Shown here: one piece after another, positions 49,812 to 60,800 of the stretch
How positions within the stretch are numbered: position 1 is the stretch's first letter
Layout: every line of letters starts with the position of its first letter
NCBI GenBank assembly: GCA_047495785.1
Contig: JBLDXI010000032.1
Span: 3,348,001 to 3,412,000, forward strand
Direction: 5' to 3'
DNA length: 64,000 nucleotides
From: Lepidodermella squamata
Lineage: Eukaryota > Animalia > Gastrotricha
The notes under the pieces: generated by a model
Seen by the model: the letters and a program-made list of their open reading frames with translations, nothing else
Database searches by the model: none
Told to the model about the DNA's origin: nothing
Made by a program: the position numbers and the translations under genes

Positions 49812-51452
49812 AACACACCAAAAAGGAGGGGTGGGGGAAGGAGAAAGGGGGGGATGGGGTTTAAGAGGCGCTTATCCCAACTGGTTGTCGGGTTTACAAG
49901 CGCCGAAAAACTAAGAAAAATGAATAAATTAATGTAAATTAGTATAAAGGAGATAGTTGGCTTAGTGCCAGTATGTTATTTTTTAAGCTTAGTGGTGTTT
50001 ATAAGAAAAGTAGGTTCGAAAAAAAGCAGAAAAAGCTCGTGCTATTCAAAACGAAAAATTTGGATTGGAAACTACGAAGCTTTATCGGCGAGACTAAGAT
50101 TGCTGGGTCTTTGCTGAGCTTTTCTCGCTTGCATTGTTGACTTAAGCCACCTTGTTATCCGGTAAAGAATTTGCTGGCATTTAGATCAAATCGAAGGCAT
50201 AAAGTCAGCACTCAGCTAATGTAAATATCGGCACATGACTGACTATTCAAATGATCAACATTTACAACATTTTCTACTGTAAATGTTATTCAAATCGAAG
50301 ACAATGATGAAATATTATAACGAAGTTTTATCTTATGATCAATAATTTATTCTCTGGTTTAAATTGCTCAGTTCATCTTCTACAGAAGACAGTTGTTAAT
50401 CCTTACTCCTCTAATGGAAATACTTCGAGGAAGAACTCACGTCACTGCGATGTTTTTTCTGATTACAGTACAGTCGAGTACGGTAGGTTCACTGTATTCT
50501 TCCATGATTCTTACACTTTTACCGTACTCGGTGTATACTCTCGGACTTTTTCCGTCGCGAACGAATAGGTTGTCATTCTTCAAATTACGTAGGGCCAGAA
50601 TTAATCAGATTTAGGGCAAATTTTAACCTTAAACTGTGTTTTAATTTCATGGAATGTGAGATAAATCAACTTGAGTTCAAAACATGGACGTTCATTCTGC
50701 CGCAATTTCATATTTTGACGGCTCAAACTTTGAGGAGAACTATGAATATCCGTGCCTATTTTCATTTTCGCAATTTATTAAAATAATTTCTAACTAATGA
50801 CATGTCAACGCGTCAATCAGCCTGATTTTTTTATTGAATAGCTTTATTTTCTGTCCCAGGCTGCAGCCTGACAGGTGCATCGGACTGCGGATTGGGCGCA
50901 TTGGACAATCTTTGTCTTTCGAGGTAAATGAACTTTTCTATGATCAAACGGGCAGGAAAAGTTCGATTAAACTATATTTTGTTGCTGTTGGCAGAGTTTC
51001 GTTTCCTCCGCAATTGTTCACGTCACCGCGATACCTTCGTAATACATAAATCCCATTAGCGTGACTATTATTGCCTGGAATTTTTAACCGCCGCCTGCTG
51101 AAAAACAACGACCGCGTCGGGAAAAACAAGAGCTCGTTCACGCGACAAGGGATAATGCACAACATATTTATAACTCTGAGCTGCTTTCAAAGCTTCGGAT
51201 TTCAGTTATGCGCGGTCTGGCGCGGGGGCGATACGGCTATATGACGGCGAGTAATTAAGCCTGATTTGTGCGCGACATAAAAACTGACACCTGTTATAAC
51301 TGAAAGCTCGCAACTCTTGGCTTGCCGTTATTTCTAGGAATCTGAGACATCGCATGGCCCGCTTTTATTGCTTAGATTGAGAGCATAGTGAGTGCAAACG
51401 CGCGCGACTTAATAATCGCCAATTCATTTTCATTCTTGTCAATTTAGAAAAT

Positions 51453-51683
51453 ATGCCGGCGACTTTCCGCCCTATTTTATTAACAATCTTGCTGTTGTGC
51501 GTAATTAGCCGCCGCAGCTTTATCACTTGCCGGCCTGTTCTACGGGTTCAAAAAGTCAAACCGATTCCAGCGAGATATCTCGAGCAGCTAGCGGCGCTGG
51601 ACGAAAGCTACCTGCGGCAACGTTACAATCTAACAGCTCTAGATGACGTGAACCACTCTAATTCCAAGCTCCGATTTTTATAG
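51453..51683 (+). CDS. Small putative secreted peptide precursor (76 aa)
   Basis: ATG, hydrophobic ILLTILLLCVI, isolated ORF followed by AATAAA near 51746. No recognised family. Confidence 0.4.
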   Translation: MPATFRPILLTILLLCVISRRSFITCRPVLRVQKVKPIPARYLEQLAALDESYLRQRYNLTALDDVNHSNSKLRFL

Positions 51684-51930
51684 CCGATCTAGTAGCCGCT
51701 ATACTCCACACTACCGCTATATTTTGTCTTCATCATTTTTTTCGAATAAATCAAGTTTTGTTTTTTGCCACGTGTTTTGTATTAATTGAAGGCTGAGGTG
51801 CGCGAACCAGCCATGGAGACGGACTGATAATAGCGCCGAAAAAGAAGACATAAATCGATAAAATATTGCGCCAGTGTTGCGAAAAGCTTCGATACCACCA
51901 ACTTTGTTTTTTTATTATCATCGCTTGATT

Positions 51931-54900
51931 ATGACTAAAATCGACGTCGAGTCAGGTCAACTCTCTAACGCTGCCGATCTTCGGAAGAAAAATGCCGCCC
52001 TTCGAAGTTTCGTAAGAGACAACTTCAAACTTCCGAACTCTTCGGATGCTAACAAGAGTTATGGCTATGTGGCAAGTGGAACTGACATCGTCCGGCCTTA
52101 TCTTCGCATTCACGGTGGGCACATGGACCTGAACCACATGGCGCACGTGTACAATGTGGTGAGCAACTTCTGGAAATTCCCGCAGCCCCGTGCTATCGTT
52201 GAAATAACCGGTTCAGCCCACCCGGCTATAAATAGACGAGACGAGTTGGCGGCATTGATCAAGTCTAAACATAAAACTTGGTTTCCTGACGGATCCTGGA
52301 TCATCACAGGCGGATGCAATAGCGGGGTAATGAAACTATTTGCTGATTCTATAACGCTCGCACGACGAAATTCGACTCTGTCGCCCACACCGCGGACAGT
52401 TTGCATGGGCATCGCTACGTGGGCGACGCTTGATTCGAAAGATCTTAAACTAATGGAATCAGCTGATGGATGTATCGTGCGACACGATGAGGGTCATCCA
52501 AATACGACTGAGGGAAATAATAAGAAACTTAACCTAGGTCACGACTGTTTCATCTTGGTTGACAAGGGCGAAACTGGCTACAATCAAGAGGTTGATTTTC
52601 GCAACTTGTTTGTCGACTATTTGTCCGAACTTGATCGAAGTGTTGACATTCCGGTTGTTCTCCTCCTAATCGGCGGAGGCTCTGCGAGTTTGAAAACTGT
52701 TTATCTAGCTGTAACTGTGAATGAAGGTGAAGCTCAAGCGTCACTAGACATAGAACCGAGGCAGGTTGTGGTTTTCAAGGGCAGTGGCCGAGCGGCTGAT
52801 GCTATTCAAACAACGATAGAAATGTTCAGCCGTGATAAAAACATACGCTTCGACGAATTCGTTGCCAAGTTCCCAAGTGATCTGTTAACTGAAATCTTGG
52901 GTGGAGCTGATTCCGACAAGTACAACGATGATGAACTAAGAAAGAGGGTGTTCGAACATTTGGCAAACATCGCCATGAGGCGGCACATGGTTCGCATTGC
53001 TGACCCTTTCAACGAGCCGAATAGCTTCCGAGTTTTTGAGCCAGTAATTATCTTCAATTATGACACGACATTTTCATGTCTCTGTATTTAGGAGGATTCA
53101 AGTTGTACCAGAACTGAAAAATTCGTCGCCGACAATTTCGAACACAGACAATGCCGGAAGTTTCAAGCGATGAAGAAAAGTGATATCAAACGATTTCTAC
53201 AAAATCGAATAGAATTGTAAGTCGATTTAAAGCATAAACCTGACTTGAGTTTTTTATTCAGTTTTCCGGATAAAAATCTTGTTTGCAAATGTGGTCGGCC
53301 TAACCACAAACCAACAAGTAACGAAGACGTCCTAGTTGAAAATGACACGTTTGAAACTCAACTGGCTGAGTGTAACACCGCTCGATGTGGAACCCTGAAG
53401 TTCGAAGCTGACCACAGTGATCCTAAATATTTCTCTCACGATTTGGCGTCTTTCGTGCCCTGCCACAGCAAGTTCTTACGGCTCTACTACGACGACTCAA
53501 AGCACGATCACCCGCTATTTTGGCTCAAACTTCAAGCCCTAATCACTGAGTACTGGAACGTCCGGCGGCCTCAAGTGTTGATCGAAGTTACCGGATCTGC
53601 GGAAGATATGCGGCATATTAACCCGAAAATTCTGCAAGATCTGCAGTTCGGCATCGTTCAGGCGAGTATTAAATCGAAGGCTTGGCTAATTACCGGGGGT
53701 ACGAATTGTGGCGTGATGAAGCTTGTTGGCGATGCGTTGGCTGACTTCCGGTCAACACATGAAGGCGCGGGTGTGCCTTGCTTCGGAATATCCACGTGGG
53801 GCATGCTCGAGCACAGAAATTCGATATTCGCACCGGAAAGGTGCAGGCAAGGAGTCGTTGAGTATCCTTTCAAAAACGATCAAGACTACGTCGCGAGAAA
53901 AGATCGGGGCAATCACTACGAGCTTAATCCCGGTCATGACTACTATATCTTCGTTGACACGGGCAAGGAAGAGCAATTCGGGCAGGAGATCGTTTTCCGT
54001 AATAAGCTGCTCAATCACTTCTCCCGGTTGCCTCCGTACAAGAGTATAGTCGAAAACAGCCAAACACCCCTCGTGCTACTGGTCATTAGCGGAGGTCCGG
54101 GAACACTTGGTACAGTAGAGGAAGCTGCTAATTCCGTAATATTAAACAACTCCACTGCGATTGAAATTTCATTCTAATATACCTATAGGCAGAAAGAAAT
54201 CAACGTAGACCCATTGTTCTGGTAAAAGGTTTCGGGGGTTGTGCTGATTTCTTGTCATACGCCTACTACAGTGTGACTGACAAGACGAAAACTGTGGATG
54301 AGTGGCTGGCTTTGATGAAGCAAGATAGCAATTTCATTGACAAATTGAATGTCGCAAAAAAGTGGAGCAACGTAGAAGAGGATTTCAGAAAGGAGGCAGA
54401 GAAATGGCGCCAAAGGCTATCAGCTGATCTTGATTCCGTAAAATGAGCAAAAATTCATCTAAATTTATTGACACTTAAATTGTTCATAGGTAACAGTTTT
54501 AGATATGGAACGTTGCTCGTTAACCGACGAAGGCCGGTTCCTTGAAGATGCGATCCTAGATGGCATTTTCAAGCTGAAACGGAAGGAGAAAGAATCGATC
54601 GAAAGTACTTTTGAGCTCTCCCTCATTTGGGACCGGGTTGATTTCGCAGAGAAAATAATCGGTGATAGCGTGCTATGCGAAGTCATCCGGGCTTCGAAGG
54701 ACACAAGACTGCTGACCAAAGCCATGACTATCGCTATCAAAAAGAACCAGCCAGAACTGTTTCAGCTGTATGTAGAAAGCGGTTTGGTCGAACCCCTCAG
54801 TTTCTTTCGTGGACTTTCCAGCAAACGCTCTGCTGTGATTTTCCACAAGGTGAGCTCCCCTTTTCAAGTTCTACCTTTCACACTGTTTTTATAGGTCCTA

Positions 54901-57212
54901 CAACACCCGACAACATGGGGAGATAGGGGACCCATTTCTCAGAGTCACTTGCACCTTCTTCAATACTTGAGTGGTTATGAACTTGTAAGCTTTTCATGAC
55001 TTGCTGACTCATTCATATTGGCTCTTTTTTACAGCGAAGAGAGTCGAGCTTCAAGCTGAATTATGAAATTGAAGACATTTCTATCCCTAAGCTGGAGGAT
55101 ATGGAAGACCTGATGACGTCAGTCTTTGATGTAAGACAGGGCTATTCCGAACGAAGGAACCTACCGCGTTTCATCGACTTGGTGAAAACTCGGCAATCCG
55201 AACTGACGATGAATGACGAGTACAACACGACGCTGAAAAATCTGATCATGCTCCAGCTGTTTCTATGCCGAGATTCTTTCGCTGTTGTAGCGTGGAAAGT
55301 TGCCATGAAAAGTGACTTCCTTGGCACGGCTGTCATGGCAAGCATTTTCCTATCAAATTTAGCTATAATAGCCCGCAAGATCCATCGGCATGATCTGGCC
55401 TCTGAGTATACAACATTGGCAGAGTAATTTTTAACAAAAATGTGCCTTGCCTTGTTTGATTCCATTTCCCTTCCTTAGGAAATGGGAAAATCGAGCGGTT
55501 GGATTGATTGACTATTTAGCTCAGGGCCAGCAGGAAGATCTTTACGATATCCTTATGAGAGGATTAAGAGTCTGGGACAATGCTAACGTTCTTTGTATGG
55601 CTTACGTCAGCAAAAAACTCGGCGTAATCGCAGCACCTTCAGTCCAGGTTGTCCTTGAAACAATTTGGAAAACAAGATGGAGTGAAAAGTACGCCATTGA
55701 CGGCGGGTCGAACTGCTTCGAATCCATTGCTAAGAAGAAATCAAAGACCTATCCTGAGGTTGAGCCGAGCTTGAGTCGGGCAAAAGAACCAGTCAAAGAC
55801 TTTATTTATCCTTACAATATCCCTCCGATAGCCAAGTTTGTGCTGTACTCAATCAGCCTGCTTATTTTCCTGTTCCTGATTCTTGGCAAACTGGTTCACA
55901 TGCCGCACGACTCAGACAAATGTGATGCTGAGTCACTTGGAATCGTGGTTGCGACATGGCTTTGGGGTTTCAGTTTCACCGCCGGGGCAGCTTTGGAGGT
56001 AAGCCCTTCCTTCTAGCATTATACCTGGCTTATAATGGCTCTTTAGTTTGCATTATCCCATATACTGTCAACGGACAACGCGATTACAATGATGGCCCAA
56101 GGATTTTTGACAGTTTCAGCTAGTCTTACATGGAACGCTTGCATGCGTGGTGATGTCAAGTAAGGAACCCTTGAAAATCTGTTTACATGGATCTAAATTA
56201 GTCGTTATTGAAGGTCCGACTCATTCCTTATCTATGAGCGATTCAACACGGCAAAGACACTATACGCCCTATCTTGCCTGCTATTTTGGTTCAAGTTGTT
56301 TCGAATCCTTCAGATTAACAAAACTATCGGGCCTAAAGTCAAAGCGCTTTTTGAAATGGTAAGATTATTATCTGCATGAATTAATTTTACGAACAATTTG
56401 CTTGCAGTTCAAAGATGTGCTCTTCTTTTGTGTCCTTCATTTTATCATGCTTTTCGCATTCGCCGGACCTATCTATGCCCTAATGAAGTTCAATCGCACA
56501 AGTGAAAAAGAATCATGGTCATTAGAGGAACTTGTAGCGTTGATTGGAAAGGTCGTCAACTACCGCTGGTGGAACATCGTTGCTGTCGCCTTGGACGATA
56601 GCAAGAGGCTGTCCTACGGCAGTGGAGCGTGCGATAAAGCCATGTCTATCGAATCTGACGAGGAGACAGCGGCTTACTTTAGACAGTACGGTCCTGGAAT
56701 TGTTGAGCCGGTTAATCATACTCAGGTCTGCAACTACTCGAATCTTCTGTCGGGCATACTACTAATGATCTATCTGATCGTAACGAATATCATCCTCCTT
56801 AACATGTTGATAGCAAACTTCGCATCAACGGTCGAACGGAATCGCATTTCAGCTGAAATCATGTGGAAGTTTGAGAGATATCTTCTGATTCGAAGTTATA
56901 CCGAAAAAGCCATCCTGCCGCCTCCTTTCAGTCTCGTAGAAATACCTGTTCTAGCTGTTCTGAAACTCTGGAGAAAGTCCAGAGGCCTTAGCAGTCCATT
57001 TGGTTATTTTTTAAAGAAATTATGAAAAAGAAATCCAAACGTTTATTTTATTGTTTTTAGCAATAACCATCCCAGATGGAGCATTGGTGCAAAAGTTGGC
57101 AACAAGTGATGACGGTTCGAACTTTGAAAAGAACAAATCAGAGCTTTACAAGCATCGCTATATGCAATTAAACAAACTGGAATGCGAAGCTGTTTGGGCT
57201 GTTGCAGGCTGA
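51931..57212 (+). CDS. TRPM: TRPM-family channel, paralog 4, with two tandem SLOG/MHR1-2 domains and a truncated C-terminus
   Basis: SLOG-1 (EITGSA, WIITGGCNSGVMK, LNLGHDCFILVD) splices in frame via exon 53092-53216 to CKCGR plus SLOG-2 (WLITGGTNCGVMKLVG, LNPGHDYYIFVD, GGPGT). Then MHR3-4, TM helices, pore NYRWWNIVAVALD, LLNMLIA, TRP box WKFER; stop at 57210-57212. Confidence 0.9.
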
Positions 57213-57822
57213 AATTTTTCGAACTTTTTCAAACACAAATGTTCTTCAATCGTTGAAATAAAGTGGTAACCGGCGGAACGGTTCCTTTTTTGGTTTGTGA
57301 TTAGGTTTGAAAATGTTGGGTGATTAGTTATTCTTCATTAGTTTATTTATCAATTATTAATCTCATTAATGACATCGCCCAGAGCATATTGATATTAAAA
57401 GTACACCATGGTCGTGATCATTAAAATCTACTAAGGCATGGAACCTGGATGTGATTCACAGCCGAGCGGCTTGGAGCCTTGCAGGAATCATTGCATGCTG
57501 AGGCAAATAAAAAAACTAGTCTAAATAATTAAAGGGCAGTATGGATTGACCGTAGTCATAACACATGTGCTTTCACGACTGGTTCGATGAATGGCCCGGT
57601 CGATAGTCCTAGTAATTTACTATAGCGCGCAATAGTTCCTTCTATTTATGAGGCAAGGACGCAGCTCCATGGCTACAAAAAATAAATAAACTTTTCACTG
57701 AGCCAAAACTACAGACACCGGTTGAATGCCGACACCGTGCTGAGCTAAATCAGAGATTTGAGCTGTAAATCTCAAACAAAATTCATAATTTGTATTGCAA
57801 ACAACTCAAAGGTGAATGCTCA

Positions 57823-60800
57823 ATGACTTCTAGGGCTGGTGTTCAAAACCGAGCAAATGAGGTGAATTTTTACGAATTTTCAAATTCTCTATTTCACCAT
57901 CAATGGCAATTTTAGGCTTCCAGGCAAATTTACGGTGAAAATCGAACAACTTTTGCTCCATTTGTCCGAACTCATTTCAGCAAACTCCCCCCGCGGAAAG
58001 ATGAAAATACCGACGAAACTCTTCCCAGCGAGCCGAATGAATCTTTCGGTAGCATTCAACTCCCCGGCGGTCCTCGGCGTCCGTATTTAAGAGTCGATGG
58101 TCAACGGCAGGATTTGGAGTATTTCGAGAAGGTTTACCAGGTTCTAACTTCTCATTGGGGACTTCCAGTTCCTCAGTTCATTCTCGAAGTAACAGGCTCC
58201 TCTGAAGAGTTTTTCCTCGACTCGGATCAAGCAAAAAATGAACAGCTACTTCTCGAACTTGAAAGCTACGTCAGACATATGGTACAAACTGAAAGCCAAG
58301 AGCATGTTTGGGTCATAAGTGGGGGTGGTGATGGAGGGGCCATGCGATTGGTCGGGCAGGCTTTGGCCGGAATTAGTCACCTTGCACCTTGCATAGCCTT
58401 CACACCCTGGTGCTCGAACCTTGCCGGCCGAGAATTACTGAGAAATGGCAGCAATGAAAGTTCAGTCCTCTATAAGCCCCCACCCAGCAACGAGAAGCAG
58501 ATTTCACTGAACATGGACCATAGCTGTTTCATTCTGGTCGATCAGGGTGTCGAGGAGAAAGGATGGGGTCAAGAGGTGGAATTTCGCAGTGCCTTCATCG
58601 ACTACGTCTGCCGGCAGAAGTTCTCCGAGCAAATACCTGTCGCCCTAGCTCTTTTCGGCGGGGGTAAAAATACGTTAAAAACAGTGAATCAAACAATTTC
58701 GACATCGCAAGAGGACCTAAATGCCGGTCGTCTCAACGATCCTCGACCAGTAATTGTATTTTCTGGAACGACTCGAGCAGCAGAGTGTATTTCATTCGTG
58801 CTAAAGTCTTACAAGCCAGAAATGACAAGTATCGACAGTCTGGCCGAAGAAATCAAAACGCGGTATATCTCAGATATTTTCGCAACTTTATCCGGTCCAC
58901 CAGAAGAAAAGTTGGTGAAAAAAGCGCTGGAGAGTTTGCGGAATATTGCTATGCGGCGGCATATGGTCACTGTCGTAAATGCGTTTTCTGAGAACCGAAT
59001 GCAACGAGTGAAAATTTCTAATTTCGAAACGCGTCTGACTCCTCAGCAGCGAACGTGCCAATTCGTGGACAACAACTTCGTTCACAAACGATGCGAAAAG
59101 TTCGAGCTGATCACGGATGATGAGAAGAAACGGATTGAGGGTAATTTGCTCAAGAAAATGAACCTCGAAAGGCTGTGCAAATGCGGTCGAGACGACCACC
59201 CCCTGCTAGATCAAGATCAGTCAAAGTGGGACCATTCTCAACGAGTTGGTACTTTGTACTTCTACGGAGATCCATCTGTTAATTCAGCCATTCTCCAGTC
59301 CTTTGTCCCGTGCTACAGCAAGTTCATACGGCTGCCGTATGACAAAGAAGCAGCCACCGACTTTTACTTCGAAAAAGTGTTGGCTTTGCTGTTCGAATTC
59401 TGGCAGATGCAGAAACCTCAGATGCTCATCGAAGTAACCGGAACAGCGACTGATATGAGGCAAGTCGATCATTCAATACTTCAACAGCTAAAGGTCGGCC
59501 TTGTTCGAGTTGCAAAGAAAGCTAAGGCGTGGCTTATCGCTGGAGGGACGAATACCGGGGTTATGAAACTGATGGGCGATGCTGTTCACGAGGACCGGGT
59601 CACCCATGGTGGTATTGGTGTCGATTGTCTTGGCATTGCTCCTTATGGCATGATGGAGAACCGGCATACAATCTTCGATAAAACAAACGTTAAAGATGGT
59701 CTTGTGAGATATCCATACAAGAACGATGAGGACTACGGCAAGAGATTTGCAAATGGGGCGGTTTACGAACTGAACCCTGGCTACAATCATTACATTCTGG
59801 TGGATACCGGTAAAGAAAATCGCTTCCAGGAAGAGATTGATTTTCGGTCCAAACTCATTGGGTACTTGTCGCGGCAAAAGCCCTTCAAAACGAAAACCGG
59901 CAGCGATCAAACCCCTCTTGTGCTCCTCGTTGTAGGCGGTGGTCCCGGCACCCTGAGAACGATCGTAGACTCCCTAAGAGCTAGTAAACGCCCCGTTGTA
60001 ATCTTGAAAGGTTTCGGGGGTCTCGGCGATTTCCTCGCAGATTTTTCGGCAAGCCTTGATGATCCAAGTCTTGCAAAAGACTTGCCGAAGCATAACTACA
60101 TCGAAGCCATAGCAATACGAGAGAAGCATACTCGCAAGAACGACGCAATCTACAAGAGCGATTTGGAAGCTGTTGTGACCGAGATTTTCAACGACAGGAG
60201 CTTGATCACGATTGTCGACATGTCTACGGCTGAATCCATGGCAGCGCAATCATTAGACGACTGTATCATTGAGGCTATCTTCAAGGTTGCCCCAAGCCCC
60301 GATAATGAAGCCGCTGGATTAGAGCGTTACGTCAAGAGCAGCTTCGAACTTGCATTGAAGTGGAACCGGATCAAAGCAGCACGTAGATTCCTTGCTGATC
60401 CAAGAGCTTACAAGGTCATCCAATCAGCAAAACTCACTGGGCCGGACGCTGGCCAACTTTTGGTAGACAAAGCGATGACATTTGCAATTAAGAGAGACCA
60501 GCCGAAGCTGTTCAAGCTTTACATTCAAACTGGCCTTGTAGAACCAAGGAAATTCTTCTACAGCGATAACCCTAATCAAGTTGCCATCGTCTATCATAAG
60601 CTTTTCTGGCATCCATCATCTTGGCTGAACCACAAAAAGGTTGTTCCAACTCGCAATCGCACGCTGTTTCAGCACATTCTGGAGGCCTACCACGGCCGGC
60701 CTAAAGTTGGAAAGAACATGGCTTTTAGGTTCAACTACGAAGCAGATTCACATGAGCCACTCTTGGCGATAATGGACGCTGTTGAGCCAGCTTTTCGGTC

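Larger units (their letters stand above)
45160..50150 (-). mobile_element. Near-intact non-LTR retrotransposon (LINE, Jockey/I-group-like); outer boundaries approximate
   Basis: ORF1 followed by ORF2 on the minus strand, both intronless. Candidate AATAAA near 45162-45167. TSD and poly(A) tail not identified. Confidence 0.9.
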
